Positions 41,989-54,510 of a stretch of 64,000 bases of DNA are shown one piece after another. Location of the stretch: assembly GCA_965206695.1 (NCBI GenBank), contig CBDBKM010000010.1, positions 256,001-320,000 of the forward strand, given 5' to 3'. Both the position numbers and the translations under genes were made by a program. Position 1 is the first letter of the stretch. The number at the start of each line of letters is the position of its first letter. Under the pieces are notes generated by a model. That model was not told the DNA's origin. It made no database searches and worked only from the letters and a program-made list of their open reading frames with translations. This DNA is from Chlamydiales bacterium. GTDB taxonomy: Bacteria > Chlamydiota > Chlamydiia > Chlamydiales > JAAZZY01.

Positions 41989-43713
41989 ATGAGACTCAGT
42001 AAGCTTTTTTTCAAGACATTTAAAGATGCACCTCAGGATGCCGATATTAGATCCCATCAACTTTTAGAAAGAGCGGGCTATATTCGTCGTCTTGCTCGTG
42101 GCCATTATGCTTATGCCCCATTAATGTGGCGTGTTTTACAAAAGACTATGCATATTATTAGAGAAGAATTGGATAAAGCGGATTCTCAAGAAGTATTACT
42201 GCCTCAAGTACATCCAAAGGAATTATGGGAGTTAAGTGATCGTTGGGATGAATATACGATAACGAAACTTCTTTATACTGTGCAAGACAGAGAGGGACAT
42301 GAATACTGCCTAGCCCCTACTCATGAAGAAGCTTTTACCTATATCTTACAAAATTGGGTTACCAGTTATAAGCAGTTACCTATCAATTTGTATCAAATCG
42401 CAACTAAATTTAGAGATGAGATAAGACCTCGGTTTGGTTTGATGCGATCCAAAGAATTCATCATGAAAGATGCTTATGCCTTTTGTTCTTCGGAAGATGA
42501 AATGGATGAAGAATATGGCAAAATGAGAAAGGCTTATGAACGGATTTTCAAGCGCTTAGAATTGGACTTTGTTATTGTGCAAGCTGACCCGGGTAAAATT
42601 GGACAGGGTAAATCAGAAGAATTTCAAGTAACGGCCGGTGTGGGAGAAGATGCTATTTTAGTCTGTCAAGCTCATGCTTTTAATGTTGAAAAAGCTCCTG
42701 TTACTATTTCTGCTTTTCCTTACGATCAACAATTAAAACCAATGGAAGAGCTTGTGACTCCTAATATTAAAACAATCGAAGCTTTGCAAAAATTTACCCA
42801 ACAGCCTCTTGAAATAATGCTTAAAACTCTTATTTATAAACTTATTTATAAAGATAGAGAAGAGTGGGTAGCTATTGGTATTCGTTCTGATAGACAGATA
42901 AATGAAGCAAAACTAATGGGAAAATTTGCTCCCTTGGATCTTATATTAGCAACGAATGAGGAGGTTAAAAAATTAACTCAGGTCGAAGTGGGTTTTATAG
43001 GTCCTGTACATTCACCCATCAAATTTTTTGCGGATAATTCCTGTCAGGCTATGACTAATTTTATTGTGGGAGCTAACCAAAAAGATAAGCATTTAGTGAA
43101 TGTGAATTGGGAAAGGGATTGTTCTATGCCGGAATTCTATGATTTTATTTTAGCTGAAGAAGGGGATCAATGTCCTCTTTCTAAAGAAGGGGTTTATGAG
43201 ATCAAAAGAGGTATTGAAGTTGGGCATATTTTTAACTTAGGAACAAAATATAGTGATGCTTTAAAAGCCTTTTTTCAAGATAAGAATGGAAAGGCCAAAC
43301 CTTTTTGGATGGGATCTTATGGTATTGGAGTTGGTCGAGTCATTCAGGCTTGTGTAGAACAAAAATATGATGATAAAGGGATTGTCTGGCCTCTGGCTAT
43401 TGCTCCCTATCATATCTTAGTCACAGCAGCAAATCCGAAAAATGAGGAATTAGTAGCTGTTACCGAAAAAGTTTATAAACGACTTATTGAGCTGGGCATT
43501 GAGGCTATCTATGATGATAGAAAAGAAAGATTAGGTCTTAAATTGAAAGATAGTGATCTTATGGGTATCCCTTTTAAATTAATTATTGGGAAAACTTATG
43601 AGGAGACTAAAAAACTGGAAATTGAACCTAGAGTAGGTGAGAAACAACTGATTTCAGAAGGTGATTTGGAAAGTTGGGCTCTAGACAATATACTTCAATT
43701 GATTGAAATCTAA
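41989..43713 (+). CDS. proS: Proline--tRNA ligase
   Basis: LAPTHEE, FRDEIRPRFGLMR, IEVGHIF, MGSYGIG; editing insertion present. Confidence 0.97.
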   Translation: MRLSKLFFKTFKDAPQDADIRSHQLLERAGYIRRLARGHYAYAPLMWRVLQKTMHIIREELDKADSQEVLLPQVHPKELWELSDRWDEYTITKLLYTVQDREGHEYCLAPTHEEAFTYILQNWVTSYKQLPINLYQIATKFRDEIRPRFGLMRSKEFIMKDAYAFCSSEDEMDEEYGKMRKAYERIFKRLELDFVIVQADPGKIGQGKSEEFQVTAGVGEDAILVCQAHAFNVEKAPVTISAFPYDQQLKPMEELVTPNIKTIEALQKFTQQPLEIMLKTLIYKLIYKDREEWVAIGIRSDRQINEAKLMGKFAPLDLILATNEEVKKLTQVEVGFIGPVHSPIKFFADNSCQAMTNFIVGANQKDKHLVNVNWERDCSMPEFYDFILAEEGDQCPLSKEGVYEIKRGIEVGHIFNLGTKYSDALKAFFQDKNGKAKPFWMGSYGIGVGRVIQACVEQKYDDKGIVWPLAIAPYHILVTAANPKNEELVAVTEKVYKRLIELGIEAIYDDRKERLGLKLKDSDLMGIPFKLIIGKTYEETKKLEIEPRVGEKQLISEGDLESWALDNILQLIEI

Positions 43714-43786
43714 TTATTTTTTTCTTTTTTTAATCTATTTATTTTTGAATTGTATTTATAAAAAAGTCATTTTTTTTTATGGATAA

Positions 43787-45692
43787 ATGAATGTTAAGAG
43801 ACATCGAAATATTCATCGGGATTATGATTATAAGGGAGCCAAACTTCAATTTGATACCCGAAAACTTGATATTGTACGCTCTATTTTGCAAGAAAGAGAG
43901 ATAGGTTATGAGTTAGAGCAGCTACGAGTTATCTACGCTTTAAGCAATTTAATTGAGTTAGATCAATCTGAGAGAAAAATCCTTTTTTTACAAAATCAAA
44001 TCGTTGAGATTGAAAATGATATTGTTTTAGAAAAACATTTGATACAGATCTTAATGGGCTTGAGTCCTGATGATGTTAAAAAAGAGATAGAAATACCGAA
44101 CGCTTCTTTTGTAAAACCTTTCCCGCTACCGGATGAATTACCATTAAATTTACTATCTCGACGCCCCGATCTTATGGCTCAAATCTGGAGGGTGGAAGCT
44201 GCAGCTAAACAAATAGGAGCTGCTAAAGCAGCTTTTTATCCTAATCTAAATCTATAGTCATTTAATTTTATATTGATAAGATTGCTTGATCAATGGCGAA
44301 TTTAAAATTCGTAACTTTTCGTAATATCTCTCTAACTTTATTTTTCATATTAGCCCAATATTTTTCTATAGGATTTAAGTCCGGAGAATATGGAGGAAGA
44401 AACATAAGCTTACAACCGGCAGATGCTACTATTTTCCTGCTTTCCACTGACTTGTGAAAACCGGCATTGTCAAGAATAAGAACACTACCGGGTGTAAGCT
44501 GAGGAGTCAAAACTTCCTTAAGCCAAATATTGAATAACCCGGTATTACAAGTACCTTCAAAACACATTGGAGATAAAAACTGCCCTTTAGATAGGGCTGA
44601 AATAATATTTTGCCTTATAAAGCGGTTTCCTGAAACCGCTCCAAAAACTTTTTTGCCGCGTAAGCTTCTTCCGGACTCACGAAATAAAAATTGATGAATC
44701 CCGGTTTCATCGAGATAAATTCTCTTGTCAAAGGGAATATTTTTTAAATCTTTCATAAAAGCTTCCCGTTTCTTTTCATTTCTTTCCTTATAGCGAGTAG
44801 TTTTTTTTTTCGTGTAATTTTTAATCTTTTAAGGGCATAAAAAATCGTTTGCGGAGTGACTGAAAAATAATCAGCAATTTCCGATAAAAAATAATCCGGA
44901 TGTTTTTCTACATATTTAGATAACAACTCATCATCTAATTTCTTATAAGCATATTTTCTGCGGATTGGCTTTAAATGTCCTTTTTGCTTTTTTTGCAAGA
45001 TCCATCGATATATTGTTGCGATACCTACTTGAAAAATATGGCCGGCTGTTTTTTTATCATGATGTTTTTCTATATGTTGTAATACTTTCTCTCGAAGATC
45101 TACTGAATAGGCTCTAGGCATTGTTTTGTCCTTACTGGTTGTATAAAAAAAGAAGGATAACATATTATCAAATAAAAATTAAAATACTATAGGTGCTCTT
45201 ATTGGTTTTGATACCATCAAGTGGCATAATTTATTTAGCCCGGGAAGTTGGATAGGGGCTTTGAAGCCGGCTCTTAATTTACCGCTTTTTACAGCAGGGA
45301 GACTTCAAGCGAATTTAGAATCCAAGATCCGAGATTATAACGCTTTAGTATATGAATATAACGATCTTGTTCTTCAATCAGCTAAAGCAGTGGCTGATCG
45401 TTTAAATACATTAAGATCAAAAGATGAAGAGCTCTCTATTCAGTCTAAAATACTAGCTAAAACAGATGCTATTTTTGATCGTGACTTGCTCAGATTTGAA
45501 CATGGAATAGATAATTATTTTATTGTACTTGAAGCTCAAGAAGAAGTTTATAATCAACGCCTAAATCAAATTTCCTTCCAACATCAAAAATTATTAGTTG
45601 CATTGCAATTGATTAAAGCTTTAGGAGGGGGATATAATGTGATTTCACCGATTTCGATTCCTGACAATGAAAATATACTAAAGACAGAATAG
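43787..45692 (+). pseudogene. TolC/NodT-type outer membrane efflux factor, IS630-disrupted and N-terminally short
   Basis: LLSRRPDL..AAKAAFYPNLNL | IS | GALIGF...LPLFTAG...LIKALGGG; removing the IS and one TA restores the frame. Confidence 0.85.
44255..45189 (-). mobile_element. IS630-family type B (935 bp), orfA/orfB joined by -1 frameshift
   Basis: Same IRs as the other copies; TA duplication; T10 run at 44801..44810; LDETG, LDNAGFH, PPYSPDLNPIE. Confidence 0.93.
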
Positions 45693-45861
45693 TTGATTAT
45701 GATGAATGAGAGATATAAAGGGCTAGCATGAACGGAAGGTCTTTAGAATCAAGAGACTTTGGAAGCAAAAAAAAAGGATTTTAGTCACTAAGAGACGAAA
45801 AGTAAGTGGCTTACGTTTAATTAAAGCAAGTAAATCCTTATCTTTATTTTTTTTCTAAACC

Positions 45862-47012
45862 ATTTATTATTAACGATAAATAAATTAGCCCAAGATCTGG
45901 AACAAAATTGTTTTATTCTGTTTGGGGTATCGACAAAAGCATTCCATGGTTTACAGTAGGTTTTGACAATATCGTTATAACCTTTATAACAACGATTTGC
46001 AAAAAATTCATCTTTAAGAGATTGCCCAAACCTGTTCTGTCGGATTTAATTCGGGAGAAGCTTTTGGAAGAGGCAATGAGCTCAAATTAGAAAAATCTTT
46101 GAGGCGTTGAGTTGTAGGCCAAGCAGCTCTGTCTAAAATAATAACACCATGATGTCATGTTAAAATTTGTGCTGAAGTATGTTCGAGAGGAATAAGTATT
46201 GCTTCAGTATTTATAACAGATATTACAAGACCAACCCCTTCATCCCTAGCAAGGCAAACAGCTTCAAATAAATAAACATACTCAAATTCCTGTTGTCTTA
46301 AGACCCGTGGCCTAGTACCTTTTTCCGCCCACATACGTGTTACCGAGCCTCTTTGACCCATTCTAACTTCGTCTTGACACCACATATCCATTTTATCAAT
46401 ATTTATATCAGCAGCCACCACTTTCTTTACGTTATTTAAGAAGTTTTTTTTAAAAGATCTTGTTGTTCTCTATCTACTTGAGGATGTCTCGATCTTCCTT
46501 TAATTCACACTAAATTGATTCTTTTTAGGGTATTGTATAAGGTAGCCGGAGCGGAATTTACACCATACTTTTCTTTTATTTATTCTAACACATTTTGCTC
46601 TCTAATACGCCCGCCGGTTCTATTATTTGGTAATTCTAAAACAGCTGTTTTAAAAAGCCCGTGATCTTCTTTTGGAAGATAGGGTTTTCTACCTCTACCG
46701 AATTGATCTTTTAAACCTTCAATAGCATCTTCTCTAAATCGTTGGAGCTAATTTTGTAAAGTTCTGAGATTTACTCTGATAGCTTTAGCTGTTTCGGTAT
46801 AATTTTTACCCTTTCGTATATGTTCAAAAGCAAGATATCGTCTTCTTTCTCGAGGGGGGTTACCTTCTGTTTTAGCGGATTTATCAAAATCATAAAGCCA
46901 AAGTCCTTTAAGTGCATGTATTTGGATGCCTATTTGTAAGCTTCTTTTTTAAGAAAAAGCTTAACATATTTCTCAAATAATATGTATGAATTTATTTTAT
47001 GGGATTGGTGTT
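45862..47012 (-). mobile_element. Degraded IS630-family type C
   Basis: WCQDEVRMGQRGSVTRMWA fragment; left end shared with 33721. Confidence 0.75.
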
Positions 47013-47323
47013 ATAAGTTAGATCGGATGAAATATAAGGAGCTATTTTAAAGAGAAAAATCGCAAGAACGGAAAAGCTTTAAAACTCGTTATTTCATATA
47101 ATTGAGGGACAATCAATCAAAAAGTAGGAATTTAAGAGGATGGGGTTAGAGATTGAGTTAACTCAATATAATCTAAAGCAATTGATGAGAGGAACCCTGT
47201 ATATTGAAGCTCATCTTGAAGAGTCTTTGACTTTAGATGATGTTGCTAAAGCTGCTTGTTACTCTCCCTATCATTTTCATCGATTGTTTACTTCTTATAT
47301 GGGTGAGTCTCTTTATCAATATA

Positions 47324-48417
47324 TACTCATCACGAATAAACCTCCGGATATTTTGTATTCGTATAGTGTAAATTATTTTGTATGAATTCATTTTTAACAC
47401 TATCAGAAGAAAAGCATCTCAGACAGCAACATAAACGAGAAAAGAATGGTCGTATACGAGATCGTATCAAGGCTGTTCTATTGTCGAATAAAGGTTGGAG
47501 TAATACTCGTATTGCTGAAGCTGTGCTTTTAGACGATGAAACAGTGTCTCGTCACATTAAAGAATATCAAAATAAACAGCAATTGCATGTAGAAAGCGGT
47601 GGTTCAGTCAGTAAACTTCTTGCGCCACAGTCAGAAGAATTCATTAAACATTTAACAACTCATACCTATGTCAAAGTAGAAGATATCTGTTCTTATGTTC
47701 TCGCGAAATATGGCATTGTTTATACGATTTCAGGGATGACTTCTTGGCTACACTCACATGGTTTTTCCTATAAAAAGCCTAAAGGTACACCGGCTAAGGC
47801 AAATTCTGATCAACAAAAAGCTTGGATGCAATTTTACACCAAGCTTATGGCATCTCTGCCTAAAAATGAGCCTGTTGAATTTGCTGATGGTGTACATCCA
47901 ACTATGGCAACTAAAATTTCTTATGGTTGGATTCGACCGGGAACAGATAAATTGATTGCAACAACAGCTTCTCGTACTCGAATGAATCTTATGGGGTCTA
48001 TCAATTTAAACAGTATGAAGGTAACAATAGATGCTTATGAAACATTAAATAGCGGTACCATGGCAAAGCATTTTGCTTTGCTACGGTCAAAATACCCCTC
48101 AGCTCCAAATATCCATCTTATTTTAGATCAAGGCCCTTATAATACAAGTATTCAGACCAAACAAGAAGCAGAAAAACAAGGTATTATTCTCTATTATTTA
48201 CCTTCTTACAGTCCTAACCTCAATCCCATTGAACGATTATGGAAAGTGATGAATGAATATTGTCGCAATAATCGGTTTTTTAATTCTGCTAAAGAATTTC
48301 GGAGATCGATTACCGGATTTTTTGAAAATACTTGGCCCTCTATTGCTCAATCAATGAGGAAACGAATCAATGATCATTTTCAAGTCTTAGAATCGGCACT
48401 TTGATTCATAAGGGGTA
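47324..48417 (+). mobile_element. IS630-family type A (1094 bp); transposase 47382..48404
   Basis: TA duplication within TATATA; near-identical to 20642..21735. Confidence 0.93.
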
Positions 48418-48661
48418 TATAAGGAGGCTACGTCTTGAGAAAGCTGCAGGTTTTTTAATGAATTCCAAGAAAATGATTACCGACATCGCATTAGATTCCG
48501 GTTATGACACGTCATCATCATTTGCAAAAGCCTTTACTAAAGTGATGGGTGTATCGCCGAAGAGTTATCGTGATGCTGCATCATTTGCTACACTTATTAA
48601 AAGAATTGAAATCAAAAAAAAGGAGAACAATATTATGAATCCTGAAATTGTAACTTTAGAT

Positions 48662-50429
48662 CCGACATTCCTAGACCGTAAGATATTTTTTTTGAATTAG
48701 AATTATAGATTGCCTATCCTGTTACTTTTTATTTGATACAAGGAGAAAAGTTATGCCGGAAGTTGCAGGAGATAATATTCAAACAGTGAACATGGATCAC
48801 CATGGATTAATTGCAGCACTTTGCAGCGATCTAAAAATAGCGGAAAGGATTGATACCGGATTAAAAAATCATCCACAAAGAAAAGTAAGTGCGGGACAGG
48901 CAGTAATTGCAATGATTCTGAATGGATTAGGGTTTACTAATAGACGTCTCTACCTAACACATCAATTTTTTGCTTCTAAATCGATAGAGAATTTACTTGG
49001 CAACAATCTTCGAGCAGAAGATCTCACAGATTATACTTTAGGTCATGCTTTGGATGATATTGCGAAATATGGGAGCAGTAAATTATTTGCTGAAGTTTCT
49101 TTTGGAATAGCCCTAGACCATGATTTACTACAAAAAACGCATCATCTAGATACAACAAGCTTTTCCGTTCATGGGTCGTATGAAGTGAAAGATGATCCGC
49201 AAGTGATTGAGATTAAGCAGGGTTATTCTAAAGATCATAGACCTGATTTGAAACAAGTTGTACTTTCTCTCGTTACCAATGGTCCGAGTTCTATGCCTCT
49301 ATGGATGGAAGCCTTAGACGGCAATAGTTCTGATAAAGCAAGTTTTCATGAGACGATCAAAAAAATCAGTGAATTTCAACAACAGATTGATGTAAAAACA
49401 AAGTTTAAGTGGGTTGCCGATTCAGCGTTATACACAAAAGAAAAGCTCTTAAAAAATAATGATTATAAATGGCTCACCCGAGTTCCCGAGATAATAGGAG
49501 AAGCAAAAAGATTAGTAGAAAAACCGGAAGAAGAAATTGATTGGATTGATCAGGAGAAAGGATATAAAACATACAGCTTCACCTCTTTTTATGGAGGGAT
49601 TAAACAAAGATGGCTTTTGGTTTTTTCAGAGCAAGCCTATCAGAGAGAGATAAAATCATTAGAAAAAAAATTGACCAAGGCAGAAGAAAAGCTCAAGAAA
49701 CAACTTTGGCATTTGGGTAATGAGGAATTTAAATGCGAAAGTGATGCTAAAAAAGCTTGGGGCAGATTGACTAAAAAAAATCATTTATATTCCATGAATA
49801 GTGAGATATTGCCGATTCTAAAATATGGTAAATTAGGCAAACCTAAACAAGGAGAGGAAAAACAAGTTGTTGGATACAAGATTCATGCTAGCTTTGAAAG
49901 GGAAGAAGAAGAAATTAATAAACTGATGAATAGAAAAGGACGGTTTATTTTAGCTGCGAATGACACCGATAGAGAAAATTATAAAGATGAGATGATGTTA
50001 GAAGAATATAAAGAACAGCAAAAGGTTGAAGGAGGGTTTCGCTTTTTAAAAGATCCTTGGTTTATGGTTGATTCTATTTTTTTAAAAACCCCTCGACGCA
50101 TTGAAGCATTAATGATGGTTATGACATTGTGTTTAATGGTTTATAATATCGGACAATATCAACTTCGACAAAAATTGATAGAAACAGAAGAGACATTACC
50201 CAACCAATTAGGAAAGGAAGTCAAAAATCCAACATTAAGATGGATTTTCCAAATTATGGAAGGTATCGGAATAATCCGTTTTTTTCAGAAGACTTCCCGG
50301 AGAATTTGTAAAGAAATGATCACAAATTTAACCCGTCTTCGGAAAAAGATTATTGTTTTGTTTGGAAAGACTGCAATGAGGATGTATGGCTTAATTAGAA
50401 AAACTTGTTTAGAGGTCTAGGAATGTCGG
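48662..50429 (+). mobile_element. IS1634-family element, copy 2; transposase 48753..50420
   Basis: 16-bp IRs; 6-bp target duplication TTAGAT. Confidence 0.94.
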
Positions 50430-50785
50430 TTAGATAAATTGTCTGTTTTATTTATTCGTCGTGTCGGATCTTATAACGAGTCACCGGCAAAAGCATGGGA
50501 AGCACTTTTAAAATATATCGATGTTCATGATATAAAAAAAAATGAACTTCGATATTTGGGAGTGGCTCATGATGATCCTAATATTACAGAAAAAAATATG
50601 TTAAGATATGATGCATGTATTCACTCCGGCAAAGAGATTATAAAAGAGGGGGAGACAGGGGTTCAGACAATTCCGGGTGGCACATATGCTATATTTATTC
50701 ATAGAGGATCTTATCATAAGCTGGAAGAGACCTTTGATTATGCTTTTGGTCAATGGTTACCAAAAAGTGGATTTAAAATCGGGGA

Positions 50786-51658
50786 TCAACTCTGTTTTAC
50801 AGAATATTTGAACCCGGAATTAAGAGATTCACATCCTGAATTATTACTAACGAAAGTATACATTCCGGTACATAAGTGATGCTCAAAGTTAAGGTCATAA
50901 GAAAACCGTCGGTTTTCTATTCGATTAACTTGGGCTAGCTCATTCAGAGAGTTACATAAATAAACACATGCATCCGATGGAATAGCATTGAGAGTGTGCT
51001 GTACTTCATGAACGTGATAGCCCAAATTCGTAACTGTTTTAAGGTGAAAAGATAAAGTAGTTCCAAAATATAGCGGCAAGGTAGATGAGGGGGTGTAAAC
51101 CTTATCATCTAGTTTCCAAAAAATATTCGAAAAAGCACTTTCTAATATAACGTCTTTTTCAGTGGTAGAGATGAGATCATCAAATCCTGTATCCTCTGCC
51201 GCTTGTTTAAGTCCTAGGCGAGAGATAAAGGATAACGTTTTATATTGAGCATAGGGGTCTACAAAAGATCTGGATGATATGCCTATATTCAGAGCCTGAG
51301 TAATAGATGAGCGGTATCGTTTTAAGGTGATAAGGCAGGTTTGATGTTTTCTTTGATTGAAGTGTAAGCTTGTCGATGTACCACCTGTAATAATGATTTT
51401 TAATCTCCAAGTATGAGTCTCAGCGTTATTTTTTGTGATGAGTTCATTTATTTGTTTGGGATCGATATAAGGAGGAATAATATTTAGTTCTTTACACTGA
51501 GAAAATAATTTTTCAATGTGTTCTGTATAAAGAAAAACATTGCCGTCATGTACTTTTAAAGTAGTAAAAAGGCCGTCGCCAAAAAGAAATCCTCTATCAT
51601 TTACAGAGATTTGTGCTTTGTCAGCAGATACGATATCACCGTTTAATAGAACAAACAT
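50786..51658 (-). CDS. pabC: Class IV aminotransferase / aminodeoxychorismate lyase
   Basis: DRGFLFGDGLFTT, YKT, ESAFSNIF; coupled to pabB. Confidence 0.75.
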   Translation of the reverse strand: MFVLLNGDIVSADKAQISVNDRGFLFGDGLFTTLKVHDGNVFLYTEHIEKLFSQCKELNIIPPYIDPKQINELITKNNAETHTWRLKIIITGGTSTSLHFNQRKHQTCLITLKRYRSSITQALNIGISSRSFVDPYAQYKTLSFISRLGLKQAAEDTGFDDLISTTEKDVILESAFSNIFWKLDDKVYTPSSTLPLYFGTTLSFHLKTVTNLGYHVHEVQHTLNAIPSDACVYLCNSLNELAQVNRIENRRFSYDLNFEHHLCTGMYTFVSNNSGCESLNSGFKYSVKQS

Positions 51659-53043
51659 CAGACTGAGACCTGTTGTAGAGTGCTTGTTTGTATATTAAGC
51701 GTTTTAAAAATCGATAAACCTTTATAAAAAGTTTCCATAAATTCTTTTTTTGCGTCTGAATCGTAAATAATAGCTCCGCCTAATCTAAATAGAATCGTTT
51801 GCATAGAAATTAAAAAGGTGCGAATGGCGATATTAAAATCAAAATTTCCATTTTTGGTAAAATAACCAATAGAGCCGGTATAAATACCCCTAGAGCGGTT
51901 TTCAAGTTGAAAAATGGCTTCAATAGCTTTTAATTTAGGGCATCCGGTAACCGAACCTCCGGGAAAACAGTTTCTAATCATATCGATTGGATGTATATGC
52001 TCTTTTACGTGAGATTGAATAATAGCTAATAAGTGGAAGACGTTGGTATAGTCCTCTAAGCGATATAGTTCTTTTACCTTAACCGTGCCGGTTTTGCTGA
52101 TTTTCCCTAAATCATTACGCATCAAATCACAAATCATCAAGAGTTCCGATTTTTCTTTTTCAGAATTTATTAACAGTTGTTTGTTTTTTAAATCTTCTTC
52201 CGGATTCGCTCCTCTAGGCATGGTTCCTTTTATAGGTCGGGTCTCTAAAAGGCCTTGTTTATGGCTTAGAAGGCGTTCCGGAGAGGAAGAAATAATGACG
52301 CTATCCTTTAATTTAATAAAAGCTGAGAAAGGGGCGGGATTAAGATTATTGATAGTAAGAAATAATGAAAAAGGATCACATTTTCCCGATATCACAAATT
52401 CACGAGATAAATTAATTTGATAAAAGGTGCCATTAGAGATCTGATCTTTTATCCGGTTAATTTTCTTCGTATATGATTCTAGACCTTCTTCTTGCTCTTT
52501 TAATGAAAGATCAACTGAATCATAGATTGGTTGAGAGTGTTTTATTTCATATAAAAAATTTAATAAAAAAGCCTTTTTAGAAAGTTTTTTCAGCCAATTC
52601 TGCTCTTCATTTGAAAGAACAGAAATCTTAGCTAAATTACTATAAAGCTCTCCCTCTTTCTTGGCATGATCGTAAACAATTGTACAAGCGCACTTTTGAA
52701 AAAAGCAAAAGGGTAGTGAGCCGGGGTGATAGTCTAGAGTAATATCCTCTTCACTAAAGGCCCCCATTTCATATGTTAGGAAACCTGACCAGGTAGGGTA
52801 GTCCATAGTCGTTGAATCAAAATCATTGATTTGTTCTCTTAAACTATCCCACGGATGGGTATGCGGTAAAATGGTATGATCGATTGTTATCCTCTTAAAA
52901 GGAAAAAGAAAAAGAAGGGATTGTTTTGCTGAATTCAAATGGCTACCGGAAAAAAACAGCGCTGTGCCTTCATAGGGTGAAAAAAATTGAGCTAGGGATA
53001 AAATATCTTCAGGTAAACAAGAGAATGAAAAATTATGAATCAT
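51658..53043 (-). CDS. pabB: Aminodeoxychorismate synthase component I
   Basis: SSSPER, RPIKGT (PabB-type), DLMRNDLG, FPGGSVTGCPK. Confidence 0.85.
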   Translation of the reverse strand: MIHNFSFSCLPEDILSLAQFFSPYEGTALFFSGSHLNSAKQSLLFLFPFKRITIDHTILPHTHPWDSLREQINDFDSTTMDYPTWSGFLTYEMGAFSEEDITLDYHPGSLPFCFFQKCACTIVYDHAKKEGELYSNLAKISVLSNEEQNWLKKLSKKAFLLNFLYEIKHSQPIYDSVDLSLKEQEEGLESYTKKINRIKDQISNGTFYQINLSREFVISGKCDPFSLFLTINNLNPAPFSAFIKLKDSVIISSSPERLLSHKQGLLETRPIKGTMPRGANPEEDLKNKQLLINSEKEKSELLMICDLMRNDLGKISKTGTVKVKELYRLEDYTNVFHLLAIIQSHVKEHIHPIDMIRNCFPGGSVTGCPKLKAIEAIFQLENRSRGIYTGSIGYFTKNGNFDFNIAIRTFLISMQTILFRLGGAIIYDSDAKKEFMETFYKGLSIFKTLNIQTSTLQQVSV

Positions 53044-53759
53044 GCAGATTGCATGTTGTGATAGACAGCATCAACATCTTCAAGATTTTCTAACCATTCA
53101 ATTAACTTAGTATTGGCTTGTGCTGTCTCAGCATCGACCTCTACCATGGTTTTAGGAACCATGGTAATATTAGCGTCTAGACATTTGATACTTGCATCAT
53201 CAAATTTTTTTTTTATGCTATAGAGCTCATTCGGAGCTGTAACGATGATAAATATATCATCAGCTATATCAAAGTCAACGGCTCCGGCATCAGAGGCTTT
53301 TTGAAAGAGAGCTTCTTCATTATCTTGATTTTTTGACATTTGAATAATACCTTGACGGTCGAAATTAAACACTACAGCACCCGGATTTGCAATGCTTCCA
53401 CCACATTTATTAGTCGCAATACGCATGTCAGAAGAAAAACGATTCTTATTATCTGTCATGGCTTCAACTATGATACCAACACCACCATGGCCATAAATTT
53501 CATAGACAATTTCAGTGTAATTACTTTGCTCTATGTTAGCAGCTTTTTTAATATTACGCTCGACATTTTCATTCGGCATATTAGCTGCCCGAGCCTTTTC
53601 TATCGCTACTCGTAATTTAGCATTATTTTTTTGATCAGAACCACCTAATTTTACTGCACTGATAATCTCTTTTGCAATACGAGAAAAGATTTTACCTTTC
53701 TGTGCGTCGGCACGTCCTTTACGATGTTTTATATTTGCCCATTTACTATGTCCGGCCAC
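53040..53759 (-). CDS. yebC: YebC/PmpR family protein
   Basis: MAGHSKWANIKHRK, TDNKNR, DVDAVYHN. Confidence 0.95.
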   Translation of the reverse strand: MAGHSKWANIKHRKGRADAQKGKIFSRIAKEIISAVKLGGSDQKNNAKLRVAIEKARAANMPNENVERNIKKAANIEQSNYTEIVYEIYGHGGVGIIVEAMTDNKNRFSSDMRIATNKCGGSIANPGAVVFNFDRQGIIQMSKNQDNEEALFQKASDAGAVDFDIADDIFIIVTAPNELYSIKKKFDDASIKCLDANITMVPKTMVEVDAETAQANTKLIEWLENLEDVDAVYHNMQSA

Positions 53760-53770
53760 AGCGTATAACC

Positions 53771-54460
53771 TTATTTAAAAAATGAAAATCGATGTTTGTT
53801 TTCCCAGTGTTTTGCTTTGGCAAAGAATTCAAATCGTTGTTCTTGTAACTTGAATTCTTCGCTATGAATACGGTTAATGCCACTTGAGTCAATATATGGA
53901 GGATGAACGTCATGTAACATCTCATGGTAGACAACAAATGAAACAAAATAATCAGGAAATCGTTTGTTATCTAACATTCTATTAATTTTAATCAGCTTTA
54001 AAGGCTCATGATATTGACCAAAGGTGATACGAGAAGTCGTACATTTAGAACGTTTGCCAAACCAGGTAATAGAAAGATCTAGTTGTTCATTAAAATATTT
54101 GTCATTAAGCATTTGATATATTTTTTTAAGATCGTAAGCGTAACCTTTTGAGATAAGAACTCTATCATTGATGCGATGACTATAATCGAATTTCTTAAGA
54201 TTCGTTTGAATATAATCTTGAATGGTCGAACGAGTCGTGTTTTTACGTTTTTGTTGTTTTCCTCGAATAAAGTCCGCTACTGCTGTTAAAACTTCTTCCG
54301 GAGCTTCTAGAAACATGCGGTGCAAGGAGATTCGTGCCGAGTCTTTTTTGCGATCTAAGACACTTAACATAGTCGAATGATTTTCATTGAGGATAATATT
54401 GAGTTTTAGACCGGATATATGTGACAATTGATCGTGAAGTGCTTCATAATTAACTGACAT
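53771..54460 (-). CDS. SprT-like zinc metalloprotease-family protein
   Basis: VVYHEMLH (HExxH) plus downstream H..EF. Confidence 0.75.
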   Translation of the reverse strand: MSVNYEALHDQLSHISGLKLNIILNENHSTMLSVLDRKKDSARISLHRMFLEAPEEVLTAVADFIRGKQQKRKNTTRSTIQDYIQTNLKKFDYSHRINDRVLISKGYAYDLKKIYQMLNDKYFNEQLDLSITWFGKRSKCTTSRITFGQYHEPLKLIKINRMLDNKRFPDYFVSFVVYHEMLHDVHPPYIDSSGINRIHSEEFKLQEQRFEFFAKAKHWENKHRFSFFK

Positions 54461-54510
54461 AATGTAGTTCCTATTATTAACTTATTATTATAACAAAATA
54501 TTTGTAGTGT

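Larger units (their letters stand above)
47140..50879 (+). pseudogene. AraC-family regulator with C-terminal GyrI-like domain, disrupted by IS630 and IS1634
   Basis: Three in-order fragments: YSPYHFHRLF...YQY | IRRLRLEKAA...SGYDTSSSFAKAF...VTLD | KLSVLFIRRVGSY...HDDP...LRYDAC...YIPV. Confidence 0.92.
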
